Part shown: positions 41,448 through 50,053 of the stretch, piece after piece
Layout of the letters: each line of letters opens with the position of its first letter
Numbering within the stretch: position 1 is the first letter of the stretch
Assembly: GCA_000002445.1 (NCBI GenBank)
Contig: CP000069.1
Span: 352,001-416,000, forward strand
DNA length: 64,000 nt
Source: Trypanosoma brucei
Taxonomy: Eukaryota
Reading direction: 5' to 3'
Program-made: the position numbers and the translations under genes
The notes under the pieces: model-generated
Told to the model about the DNA's origin: nothing
The model's input: only the letters and a program-made list of their open reading frames with translations
The model's database searches: none

Positions 41448-44370
41448 TTAAACAAACGTCGTTGTAGAGGTCGATCAAACGTGGCATGTCCTTAGATAAT
41501 TCAAGGCAGCTATCACCTATACAATGAACATCGTCACCACTCCTTTGTTTCGGGCTTTTGGAGCACTGTAGAAGTCCCAGGTCTAAGAGCTGTCGGATGC
41601 CCTGTGCTATCGCCTTCGGTTTAGGTGCATCTGGTAGTAATAACAACAGCGAACTTGCCTGGTGAGGAAACAAGTACTTGACCCGAAGCAGCAATGAAGC
41701 TACATTGGCTGCGGCACTCTCAGGAATTGTGTGTGCAGGCGCCGCCGGAACCAAGCCGCTCAAACTCCTCTGGTTGCTGGTCAGAAAGAAAGCTTTCCCG
41801 CTTTCATTGTCTTCCCCCCTATTATCCTTTACTTTCCCATCATCACCCTTTTCGTCTGAAGTGACTAGCTCTTCCTGTCCACAATTGCCGTAGTGGGTCC
41901 CCACAACCTCCTTTTGGAGTGTGAACATACGCCTCGGAGCCAAACGAATAACAAAACTATCGCAGGTCCTTCCAGCCCTCCCCGCACGCTGCCGTGAGCT
42001 GCTAACGCTGACGACAGCCGTGCTGCGGAGCGTGACACCTGTTAATGGATCAGAAAAGAATCGCCGCTCGAGGCAAGAGTCTACAACACAACGCACGTTA
42101 GGAATGGTGACGGAGCTCTCAGCAACGTTCGTTGACAAAATAATTCGATAAGGGAACGGAGAGGTAGTTTCACGTAGTTGTCGTTGTGGACTTCCAACTG
42201 CCGTGGCGTGCAGGAGGGCAACAGAAAATGAACATCCTTCGTACTCCAAAAATGTGACATTTCCGCTACCCGCGTTGTCGTAAGCATAGTTCATCGTGCT
42301 ATCAACACTAATTTTGGTGGTGGTACCCGCAGGTTCTGCATGTCGCTGGGTATCATTAGTCCCTTCGTCGTTTACAAGCGTTTTTCTGCACAGAACTTCA
42401 AGAGATTGCAACACAAGGGACATTTCAGCAAACCCGGGAAGAAACACCAATATGCTCTCCGGTTGCTCGTTGTTTTGATCTTGAGTAATCCCCCCTTTCT
42501 CTTGCACGGCACCACTCCCCTCAGTCGTGTGGGGCTTTGACCTACAGCTGGCTAGGTTCGCGATGCTTTGTAGCGTGAAGAGTACAAATTGTGCCAGTGC
42601 ACGTGCCTGAGGAGAATGTATCTCGGGGCTAAAACGTATATATGAAAAGAAGTGCACCAACGAAGCCATCACTCGGCGTGCGGGCGGTAGCAACAGGGGA
42701 CACAACCTTCCATTTAGCGAGGATACTACTTTACTTCCGTTATCCGCACTCTTCTCATCAGCACCCAACAGCTGCGACGACTCCAGGGCGCTGGGAAGGT
42801 CGTCGATGAAATACTCCTCAAGACGATAGGGACCACTTCCCGCTAAGCCGCTGCGCACTGCAACGTCCGAAACCTCATCCGGTAGCTGGGCTGCCTCATT
42901 GCCTAGAGAGAGAACATACGGTTTGCAGAAAGCGGAAAGATTCCTCGTTGCTTCAGACGGTGGTGCGCTAAACTGCGCACCTATGAGATAAGATACCATT
43001 TGCTCTGCCGAAAGCGTGGCAGACATCAAAATCAGATGGCGCATGCCCCAAGATTGTTCCCTGTCTTCACCATGCTCTCGTTGGTAAGCCCTAAGCAACT
43101 GTTGTTTTGCCCACGCAAGAAGCAAATCCGTTTCCATATCACGACAGTGTGCCTCATCGATGATCAGTGTCGTGTGAGACAGTAAACTGTGGTCGTGCTG
43201 CAAAGCGTTGAGTATGTAGCCGGGCGTAGCGTATATGATTTCACTTGCAGCTGAGAAACAGCTGTCGCCGCCGACTGCGTAGCCCACGCGGTCGCCAACG
43301 TTGGATGCCGCCGGTGTTGACGAAGACGACGCCAAAATTGCTGCTGTAAACTTTGCCAGCTCCACGCACGCAAGACGCGTGGGTTGTGACACTATAATAC
43401 AAAGCCTACTGCTCGCACCAAACACTGTAGCGTACTCCCGCGTGCTGACATTAACAGGGAACGGAGAAGGCGGCAGAAACGTCTCAACTGACCTCATTAC
43501 ACCTTCTTTAGAATCGATGACACTACTACTGGCGGCAGAGGACACAATTTTCGCTTTGTGAGAGATGTCAATTCGTTGTAACATGCGCTGCCAGTGGCTG
43601 TCCAGAAGAAACAGTGGAACCAAGCTGCTTTTCCCCGAGCCAGTCGGCGCGTTGCACACAAACACGTCCGTTACTGGCTGCGGAAAATCAGTTAAAATTG
43701 CGGCGGGTTCGTTTCCTCCGTTATTCTTTAACCGTTTAGCGCTTGCAGGAGGAAGGGGGACTGCTGAGTTTGCGAGAAACAAATTGGTCCATTCGGATCG
43801 CTTCTGCCATACGCCCAGGCGCTGAAGTGACGGATAACTCTGCGCCACGCACTGCCAATCCATTTGTTTGCGGAGTACATTCTCTCGCAATTTACTAATA
43901 AGCGATGATGAAACAACAGGCTTTCCCTGTGCAACAAAGGCTCGGGGTTTTGGAACCACCCTCCCACGAGCCTCGAGCGGGGTATTCGATTTTGCAGTCG
44001 ATGTGAAAATTTCCGCAAGCATAGTACCAACAGGCTTTGGAGACACGCCAACGGTGGGCCCCGCTTTTGGCTTCTTCCGCTTAGAAATTGTCTCAAGCAG
44101 TTTACTCATGCCGTGAGCGCCGTTCTTGCTAGAAATAGTGCGTTCGTTAACGTCACATCTTCCTTCAAGGTCTGTGGTGGGTTCGGTGCAATTCGGTGAA
44201 TTAACAACTGGGTTCTCGACCGGTTCTGTCGCTTCTGTCAGATTGTCAACACGCGTGAAGTTGTCACCTGAGCCTATTTTAGTTGAATACGGTCTATTTA
44301 TCTGATATAGAACGATACGCCGCAACAGCGTACGGTGATCTTCGCGTAGCACCAACACAAAGCGATGCAT
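41404..44370 (-). CDS. DEAH-box ATP-dependent RNA helicase, N-terminal part (helicase core + winged helix); ORF terminates where a 1-nt frameshift would continue into 37986..41447
   Basis: ATG verified at 44370-44368. The helicase motifs are I NAPTGSGKS, II IIDEAHCRD (DEAH), III LILMSATL, V ILSTNVAESSVTIPN and VI QRAGRAGR. A winged-helix-like block PESAAANVASLLLRVKYL...LLPDAPKPKAIAQGIRQLLDLGLL follows motif VI. Confidence 0.8.
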   Translation of the reverse strand: MHRFVLVLREDHRTLLRRIVLYQINRPYSTKIGSGDNFTRVDNLTEATEPVENPVVNSPNCTEPTTDLEGRCDVNERTISSKNGAHGMSKLLETISKRKKPKAGPTVGVSPKPVGTMLAEIFTSTAKSNTPLEARGRVVPKPRAFVAQGKPVVSSSLISKLRENVLRKQMDWQCVAQSYPSLQRLGVWQKRSEWTNLFLANSAVPLPPASAKRLKNNGGNEPAAILTDFPQPVTDVFVCNAPTGSGKSSLVPLFLLDSHWQRMLQRIDISHKAKIVSSAASSSVIDSKEGVMRSVETFLPPSPFPVNVSTREYATVFGASSRLCIIVSQPTRLACVELAKFTAAILASSSSTPAASNVGDRVGYAVGGDSCFSAASEIIYATPGYILNALQHDHSLLSHTTLIIDEAHCRDMETDLLLAWAKQQLLRAYQREHGEDREQSWGMRHLILMSATLSAEQMVSYLIGAQFSAPPSEATRNLSAFCKPYVLSLGNEAAQLPDEVSDVAVRSGLAGSGPYRLEEYFIDDLPSALESSQLLGADEKSADNGSKVVSSLNGRLCPLLLPPARRVMASLVHFFSYIRFSPEIHSPQARALAQFVLFTLQSIANLASCRSKPHTTEGSGAVQEKGGITQDQNNEQPESILVFLPGFAEMSLVLQSLEVLCRKTLVNDEGTNDTQRHAEPAGTTTKISVDSTMNYAYDNAGSGNVTFLEYEGCSFSVALLHATAVGSPQRQLRETTSPFPYRIILSTNVAESSVTIPNVRCVVDSCLERRFFSDPLTGVTLRSTAVVSVSSSRQRAGRAGRTCDSFVIRLAPRRMFTLQKEVVGTHYGNCGQEELVTSDEKGDDGKVKDNRGEDNESGKAFFLTSNQRSLSGLVPAAPAHTIPESAAANVASLLLRVKYLFPHQASSLLLLLPDAPKPKAIAQGIRQLLDLGLLQCSKSPKQRSGDDVHCIGDSCLELSKDMPRLIDLYNDVCLTAKGEFVSYFPHTS

Positions 44371-45263
44371 GATGACAGTAATTGGTCACTTTGTTGGCAA
44401 GGAGGGGGGCGTTCAATTGAAACAGTATCAGAGCAGAGAAGGATTCAGAGAATCAATCAACGGAGCCGGGGTATGAACATTATGTCCAATAGCGGTGGCA
44501 GACAGGAAGAGCAGCATTAAAAAACAGAAGATATAAGGCCGAATTTTTACAAAAAAAGAGGGAACCATTAAAAACGAAAAGAAGTTAATTAAAAGAGAAC
44601 TTGTGTGCAAACTGCCCACAAAATCAGACGACAGTTACCGGCAAAAAAAAGAAAGAATCGTAAAACGACACTTACATAAAAAGTAAATTCTGGAGAAGGA
44701 ACCAATTCGACGGGAAAAATCACGCACACTACCAAACAGCCTCTACAAATTACCAACGTTCATGAAAACTGCGCGAGTGACAGCAAACGAGTTGGCCACC
44801 GCTGAGTACCTTACACTAACAACAAATATATTTTTAAAAAAAGTATAGTCTCAGACAGATATTATGGCAAAGCGAACCAAAGGGCAGAAACTCGGCGGTT
44901 TCTTTTATTCATTGCAACATCATGAAGCGGCGCTAAGTGATGTGTGTTTGGGTCACTATCGCACGACTCAGCTGCCGGCCGCACTCATCAAGAGAGAGAG
45001 AGAGGTACGCATGTATGTATATATATATATATTACAAAGTGAGTGTGCAGCCAAAGGGACATTGCGTGTGTGAGCGTGTGCCCGGGACGGGTGGCGAAAA
45101 TACAGGTCAAAAGGGAGCACTTCACGACAGTGATAACACAAGCACGTATCCGAACAACTTTCACAAACCCCATCCATATTCAGAATAAGGAAAAAACATG
45201 GAAGTACAAACAATTTGGATATGAAAACGCTTTTCTTTGGCATTATTGGGGCAGGGTGTGTAT

Positions 45264-45303
45264 GCAGAGCCCACTGTTTCTAATGGGATTCGAACCCTTC
45301 TGC
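45264..45303 (-). other. hairpin containing a perfect tRNA T-arm consensus (GGGTTCGAATCCC on minus strand), directly 3' of metacaspase stop codon; tRNA-like remnant
   Basis: Plus 45285-45297 is gggattcgaaccc. It is flanked by the inverted repeat gcaga (45264-45268) and tctgc (45299-45303). No complete cloverleaf can be built: the acceptor and D-arm are absent, and the 5' region would lie inside the MCA CDS. Confidence 0.35.
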
Positions 45304-45320
45304 AGCTCCCAGGCACAGGA

Positions 45321-46394
45321 CTATTGGATAGATCTGTCAACAGAAAACATTTCCGTTAGTGAGAAGGTCTGATCAAGGTCTATAGCTTTTGAAGCACTGA
45401 GCTGTGGCACTTGTTTGAACCTTTTCCTCTTCAACATGTCGCGAGTTTCGATTAGAAGTTTACCATACGACAACGACTGGTTGTTCATAAGCATGCACGT
45501 GATACACTGCGTGGCCGCACCACCAGCGCCTGTAGAACCCGTACCAAATGTGGCAGTGTTCTTAACATCAGCAGATGTTTGCTCATCAGCACAACCAGAA
45601 ATCATCATCACATCCCCCAGAACATCATTTCCCTCACGAATTCGCTTCATGTGTGGCGTACCCGATGCTTGCTCACCTCCACTGCAGACATAGGTAAAAG
45701 GAAGATCCATAATGGAGCCTGAGTGGCAACAATCGAACACAGCTGTGAGTCGTACCTTTTCAGGAAGCCTAGAGAAGAGAAGTTTGTGTATATCATCATC
45801 AACAATGCATCCACTTTTCTGGAAGTCCACAGGGGCAATGCATTGATCGTACTTCTCGTCACTGTCGCCTCTGGATTTGCATTGTGTACCATGACCAGAG
45901 TAATGGAAGAAAAGGACATCACCTGGTTTTGCATCCTTCACGAGCCACGCCATGTAACGTACGATATTGTCGCGGGTTGGCTGGTCGGTCCTCCCGGGGA
46001 AATTGTCCTCGTCGACGAGTATGACGGCTTCGTTGATTGGGAGCCCCTTTTTCTGCAGTGTGGCGAGCATTTGCTTGACATCATTGCAGCAACCGGAGAG
46101 CGCTGCAGAAGTTCCATAGTAATTAATTCCAATAAATAAAGCTCGAACTGTTTGGCCAGGAAGAGGTGTCGCGACCCATGGTTGTTCGCCGTGAGCATCC
46201 CCCGCATTTGCAACAGCGGCATCTACGTCCACCTTGGGGGGAGGTGGTTGAAGTCCCAGAGCTTGTACAAGGTACGGCTGGGCTGTCTGCCACAGTTCCA
46301 TACCAATTTTCACAAAATCATTGGTGCCCTTTGCACTACTTGCTTTTGATATTGTAGAGCAGAGACTCAAAAGACACCTTGGGTCCACGGCCAT
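45321..46394 (-). CDS. MCA3: metacaspase (357 aa; matches MCA3-type copy)
   Basis: ATG verified. The caspase-like His/Cys dyad is intact (FFHYSGHGTQ and VFDCCHSGSIMD). It is nearly identical to the downstream 347-aa copy except for the N-terminal ~45 aa. The length of 357 aa and the position fit T. brucei MCA3, from recollection. Confidence 0.85.
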   Translation of the reverse strand: MAVDPRCLLSLCSTISKASSAKGTNDFVKIGMELWQTAQPYLVQALGLQPPPPKVDVDAAVANAGDAHGEQPWVATPLPGQTVRALFIGINYYGTSAALSGCCNDVKQMLATLQKKGLPINEAVILVDEDNFPGRTDQPTRDNIVRYMAWLVKDAKPGDVLFFHYSGHGTQCKSRGDSDEKYDQCIAPVDFQKSGCIVDDDIHKLLFSRLPEKVRLTAVFDCCHSGSIMDLPFTYVCSGGEQASGTPHMKRIREGNDVLGDVMMISGCADEQTSADVKNTATFGTGSTGAGGAATQCITCMLMNNQSLSYGKLLIETRDMLKRKRFKQVPQLSASKAIDLDQTFSLTEMFSVDRSIQ

Positions 46395-48116
46395 CTATAT
46401 GTACCTTTTCCTTGTAAATGTTAATGTTGTAGCAAGAGCTTCTACCACTGTATTATTTTACTGCAGTGTTTAGTACTGAGGGTCTGAAGGGAAGTCATGG
46501 GGGAACAGAGTGCCGAACAAGATACCTTGGAATAAGCAGAAAACAACTGCAACCGATGATAACATAGCATTTGGTTTACTCACATTACCTTCCCCCGCCC
46601 CGTCATATGCGCCCTTCTGTGGGCTGCATGAAGAAAGGGAATGGGGAATGAATCAATAGTGTGTTGAAAATACCACAATTCCTCGAAACATCCTGTTGCC
46701 ATCACTCTGCAAATTCTGGTCTTGCACGTGATGGTGTTGTTCAGTGAAGGCCTTGTTTGAGTGAGGTAAGAAACTAGCTACCACATTCCTTTTCAAAAGA
46801 AAAAAAAGAGGGGAAATAATCAGGAAAGCGAAAGCTAAACGTTCTTCTCCCCCGCATTAAACACAGCATAAGAAAATCATGTATGCCCACCGCAGCAGGG
46901 ATCCGGTGCACACACGAAAAAAGCGATGCAAAGACACTTCATCGGTTTCTCTTTCCCACCCTTTGTGGCAAAACAAGCAGCCTCTATTTTCCCTCCACCA
47001 AGCTTTTGTGTGGAATCGTTGCCATACCATAAAGGAGATGTCTAACGTCCCGTCTTCTCCACCCCTTTGATTTCAGGCTTGTTTTCCTCTTCCCTTCTCA
47101 AATCTGCAACAGTAAACAACACACTCCAACATTCCTTAACGACACTCCATCAGTTATGATGGCATCGAGTAACGATTGGTAGGAATATATTGTCGCTCAT
47201 TGGAGGAAGAAGAGGGGGAGGAGTAAGAAACAGAGGGATGGGTGGGTGGGTTTGCTCCGTACTGTTATCCAAAATTGTAGAATAATTAAAATGACAAAGG
47301 TAAAACACACATAAAAAGTAAATTGTGTTGACGAGGTGACAACCCCTCACCGAAACAACAACAAAAAGGGGCGCCCATACCAAGTCACAGGGAATTACAC
47401 CCCGCCAGAGTTATTCAAAAGTTAAAGTGGGCAAACAAGAAAACGCACTCCAGAGCGAGTGCAAAAGTGGATAGTTGCCACACAAACACACAAAAGGAGC
47501 TACTAAGAGGCGAAAAAAAAAATGACAGAGCATTTTATAAGATAACAGTCTCAACACGAATAAAAAAATTTCAACTAAGCGACACCTGTTTCATGAAAGA
47601 AGGCGCCGCCAAGCATATTACACAGGATAAAGATCCGTAGGAAGCAGGAAGGGGTGAGGAACATCAGTCAGCCTCCCCACCAAAAAAAACAACAACAACA
47701 TCATCAGACATTTAAACAAAGACCCAGATAACACCCTCACAACAGCCACTTGTGCTTATTGCAACATCATGAAGCGGCGCTAAGTGATGTGTGTTTGGGT
47801 CACTATCGCACGACTCAGCTGCCGGCCGCACTCATCAAGAGAGAGAGAGAGGTACGCATGTATGTATATATATGTATATATATTACAAAGTGAGAGTGTG
47901 CAGCCAAAGGGACATTGCGTGTGTGAGCGTGTGCCCGGGACGGGTGGCGAAAATACAGGTCAAAAGGGAGCACTTCACGACAGTGATAACACAAGCACGT
48001 ATCCGAACAACTTTCACAAACCCCATCCATATTCAGAATAAGGAAAAAACATGGAAGTACAAACAATTTGGATATGAAAACGCTTTTCTTTGGCATTATT
48101 GGGGCAGGGTGTGTAT

Positions 48117-48156
48117 GCAGAGCCCACTGTTTCTAATGGGATTCGAACCCTTCTGC
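48117..48156 (-). other. second copy of the tRNA T-arm-like hairpin, 3' of the MCA2-type gene
   Basis: gggattcgaaccc at 48138-48150 within the duplicated flank, in the same hairpin context. Confidence 0.35.
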
Positions 48157-48173
48157 AGCTCCCAGGCACAGGA

Positions 48174-49217
48174 CTATTGGATAGATCTGTCAACAGAAAA
48201 CATTTCCGTTAGTGAGAAGGTCTGATCAAGGTCTATAGCTTTTGAAGCACTGAGCTGTGGCACTTGTTTGAATCCTTTCCTCTTCAACATGTCGCGAGTT
48301 TCGATTAGAAGTTTACCATACGACAACGACTGGTTGTTCATAAGCATGCACGTGATACACTGCGTGGCCGCACCACCAGCGCCTGTAGAACCCGTACCAA
48401 ATGTGGCAGTGTTCTTAACATCAGCAGATGTTTGCTCATCAGCACAACCAGAAATCATCATCACATCCCCCAGAACATCATTTCCCTCACGAATTCGCTT
48501 CATGTGTGGCGTACCCGATGCTTGCTCACCTCCACTGCAGACATAGGTAAAAGGAAGATCCATAATGGAACCTGAGTGGCAACAATCGAACACAGCTGTG
48601 AGTCGTACCTTTTCAGGAAGCCTAGAGAAGAGAAGTTTGTGTATATCATCATCAACAATGCATCCACTTTTCTGGAAGTCCACAGGGGCAATGCATTGAT
48701 CGTACTTCTCGTCACTGTCGCCTCTGGATTTGCATTGTGTACCATGACCAGAGTAATGGAAGAAAAGGACATCACCTGGTTTTGCATCCTTCACGAGCCA
48801 CGCCATGTAACGTACGATATTGTCGCGGGTTGGCTGGTCGGTCCTCCCGGGGAAATTGTCCTCGTCGACGAGTATGACGGCTTCGTTGATTGGGAGCCCC
48901 TTTTTCTGCAGTGTGGCGAGCATTTGCTTGACATCATTGCAGCAACCGGAGAGCGCTGCGGAAGTTCCATAGTAATTAATTCCAATAAATAAAGCTCGAA
49001 CTGTTTGGCCAGGAAGAGGTGTCGCGACCCATGGCTGGTGGCCATGAAGGCCTTTTGCGTCTCTGAAAGCGGCATCTACGTCAACCCTCCGGGGAGGTGG
49101 TTGAAGTCCCAGAGCTTGTACAAGGTACGGCTGGGAGCTCACTGCGTTTAACCAGCCGAGCCCCACATAATCAGCTAACTGGCCCGCATCACAGAGTTGT
49201 GTAATTAAGGAGCACAT
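48174..49217 (-). CDS. MCA2: metacaspase (347 aa; matches MCA2-type copy)
   Basis: ATG verified at 49217-49215. The same catalytic H and C motifs are present. It is a paralogue of the 45321..46394 gene, and the only substantive difference within the CDS is the N-terminal segment (MCSLITQLCDAGQLADYVGLGWLNAVSSQPYLVQ... versus MAVDPRCLLSLCSTISKASSAKGTNDFVKIGMELWQTAQPYLVQ...). Confidence 0.85.
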   Translation of the reverse strand: MCSLITQLCDAGQLADYVGLGWLNAVSSQPYLVQALGLQPPPRRVDVDAAFRDAKGLHGHQPWVATPLPGQTVRALFIGINYYGTSAALSGCCNDVKQMLATLQKKGLPINEAVILVDEDNFPGRTDQPTRDNIVRYMAWLVKDAKPGDVLFFHYSGHGTQCKSRGDSDEKYDQCIAPVDFQKSGCIVDDDIHKLLFSRLPEKVRLTAVFDCCHSGSIMDLPFTYVCSGGEQASGTPHMKRIREGNDVLGDVMMISGCADEQTSADVKNTATFGTGSTGAGGAATQCITCMLMNNQSLSYGKLLIETRDMLKRKGFKQVPQLSASKAIDLDQTFSLTEMFSVDRSIQ

Positions 49218-50053
49218 ATTATTTTTCTACTGTCTGCGGATGTGCGTGGAAAATTATGCCTCAAGTGTATGTTAGTATCGTAGCAAAAGCTTCTACCACT
49301 GTATTATTTTACTGCAGTGTTTAGTACTGAGGGTCTGAAGGGAAGTCATGGGGGAACAGAGTGCCGAACAAGATACCTTGGAATAAGCAGAAAACAACTG
49401 CAACCGATGATAACATAGCATTTGGTTTACTCACATTACCTTCCCCCGCCCCGTCATATGCGCCCTTCTGTGGGCTGCATGAAGAAAGGGAATGGGGAAT
49501 GAATCAATAGTGTGTTGAAAATACCACAATTCCTCGAAACATCCTGTTGCCATCACTCTGCAAACATACAGCCGGGGCGTTTTTACCCACTCATCCGCAT
49601 ATGTATTCGTTTTTCTCCTGCAATTAACCTGAATTTGTTTCGTTCTACTTATTAGTGGTTCCTAAGTACCTTTTTATTCTTGTCTGCCGCCCGGGACGCA
49701 TTTCCCCCTCTTGAATAACCTACCGACACCACCGTCACATTATCATTTCCCACCATACTTTTCGATTTCCGTTCTAGTTTCTTTCCTGCCAATATATTTT
49801 CGTTAGTATTTAGAAGCCTTAACAAAGAACGCCATTGTAAAAGGATGCTGCGGGGAAAGACAACAAAAGACACCGCGTTCCTGTAGGTGTGTGACCGGTG
49901 GCACGAAATTCATGTAGGACGAGTTTCGGATAATTCCATAAAGGGAAAAGAAAACAAAGTAATTGTGCTCCTGTTTCGTCACCCCTTGCCCTCGCGTTTG
50001 TTGCTTCCCCCTTCTGTTTCGGTCCATTAGGCTCCTTGCGCTATCCTTTGCAG

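Larger units (their letters stand above)
44903..46695. repeat. segmental duplication copy A (~1.8 kb, contains MCA3-type gene and flanks)
   Basis: The sequence from ~44903 (attgcaacatcatgaagcggcgctaagtgatg...) to ~46695 recurs at 47759-49558, a period of ~2855 bp. One ~120-bp patch is divergent (46288-46405 versus 49143-49270); it covers the N-terminal codons and the first 5' flank. Confidence 0.85.
47759..49558. repeat. segmental duplication copy B (contains MCA2-type gene and flanks)
   Basis: See copy A. Small indels also distinguish the copies, for example the (TA) tract at 45005-45030 versus 47865-47895. Confidence 0.85.

Noticed and set aside
45240-45330. Possible complete tRNA gene around the GGGTTCGAATCCC motif
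   Set aside because: Only the T-arm, with one stem mismatch, and a flanking hairpin can be drawn. No acceptor stem, D-arm or anticodon arm can be built, and the region that would hold the 5' half is the metacaspase coding sequence. It is kept only as a tRNA-like remnant.
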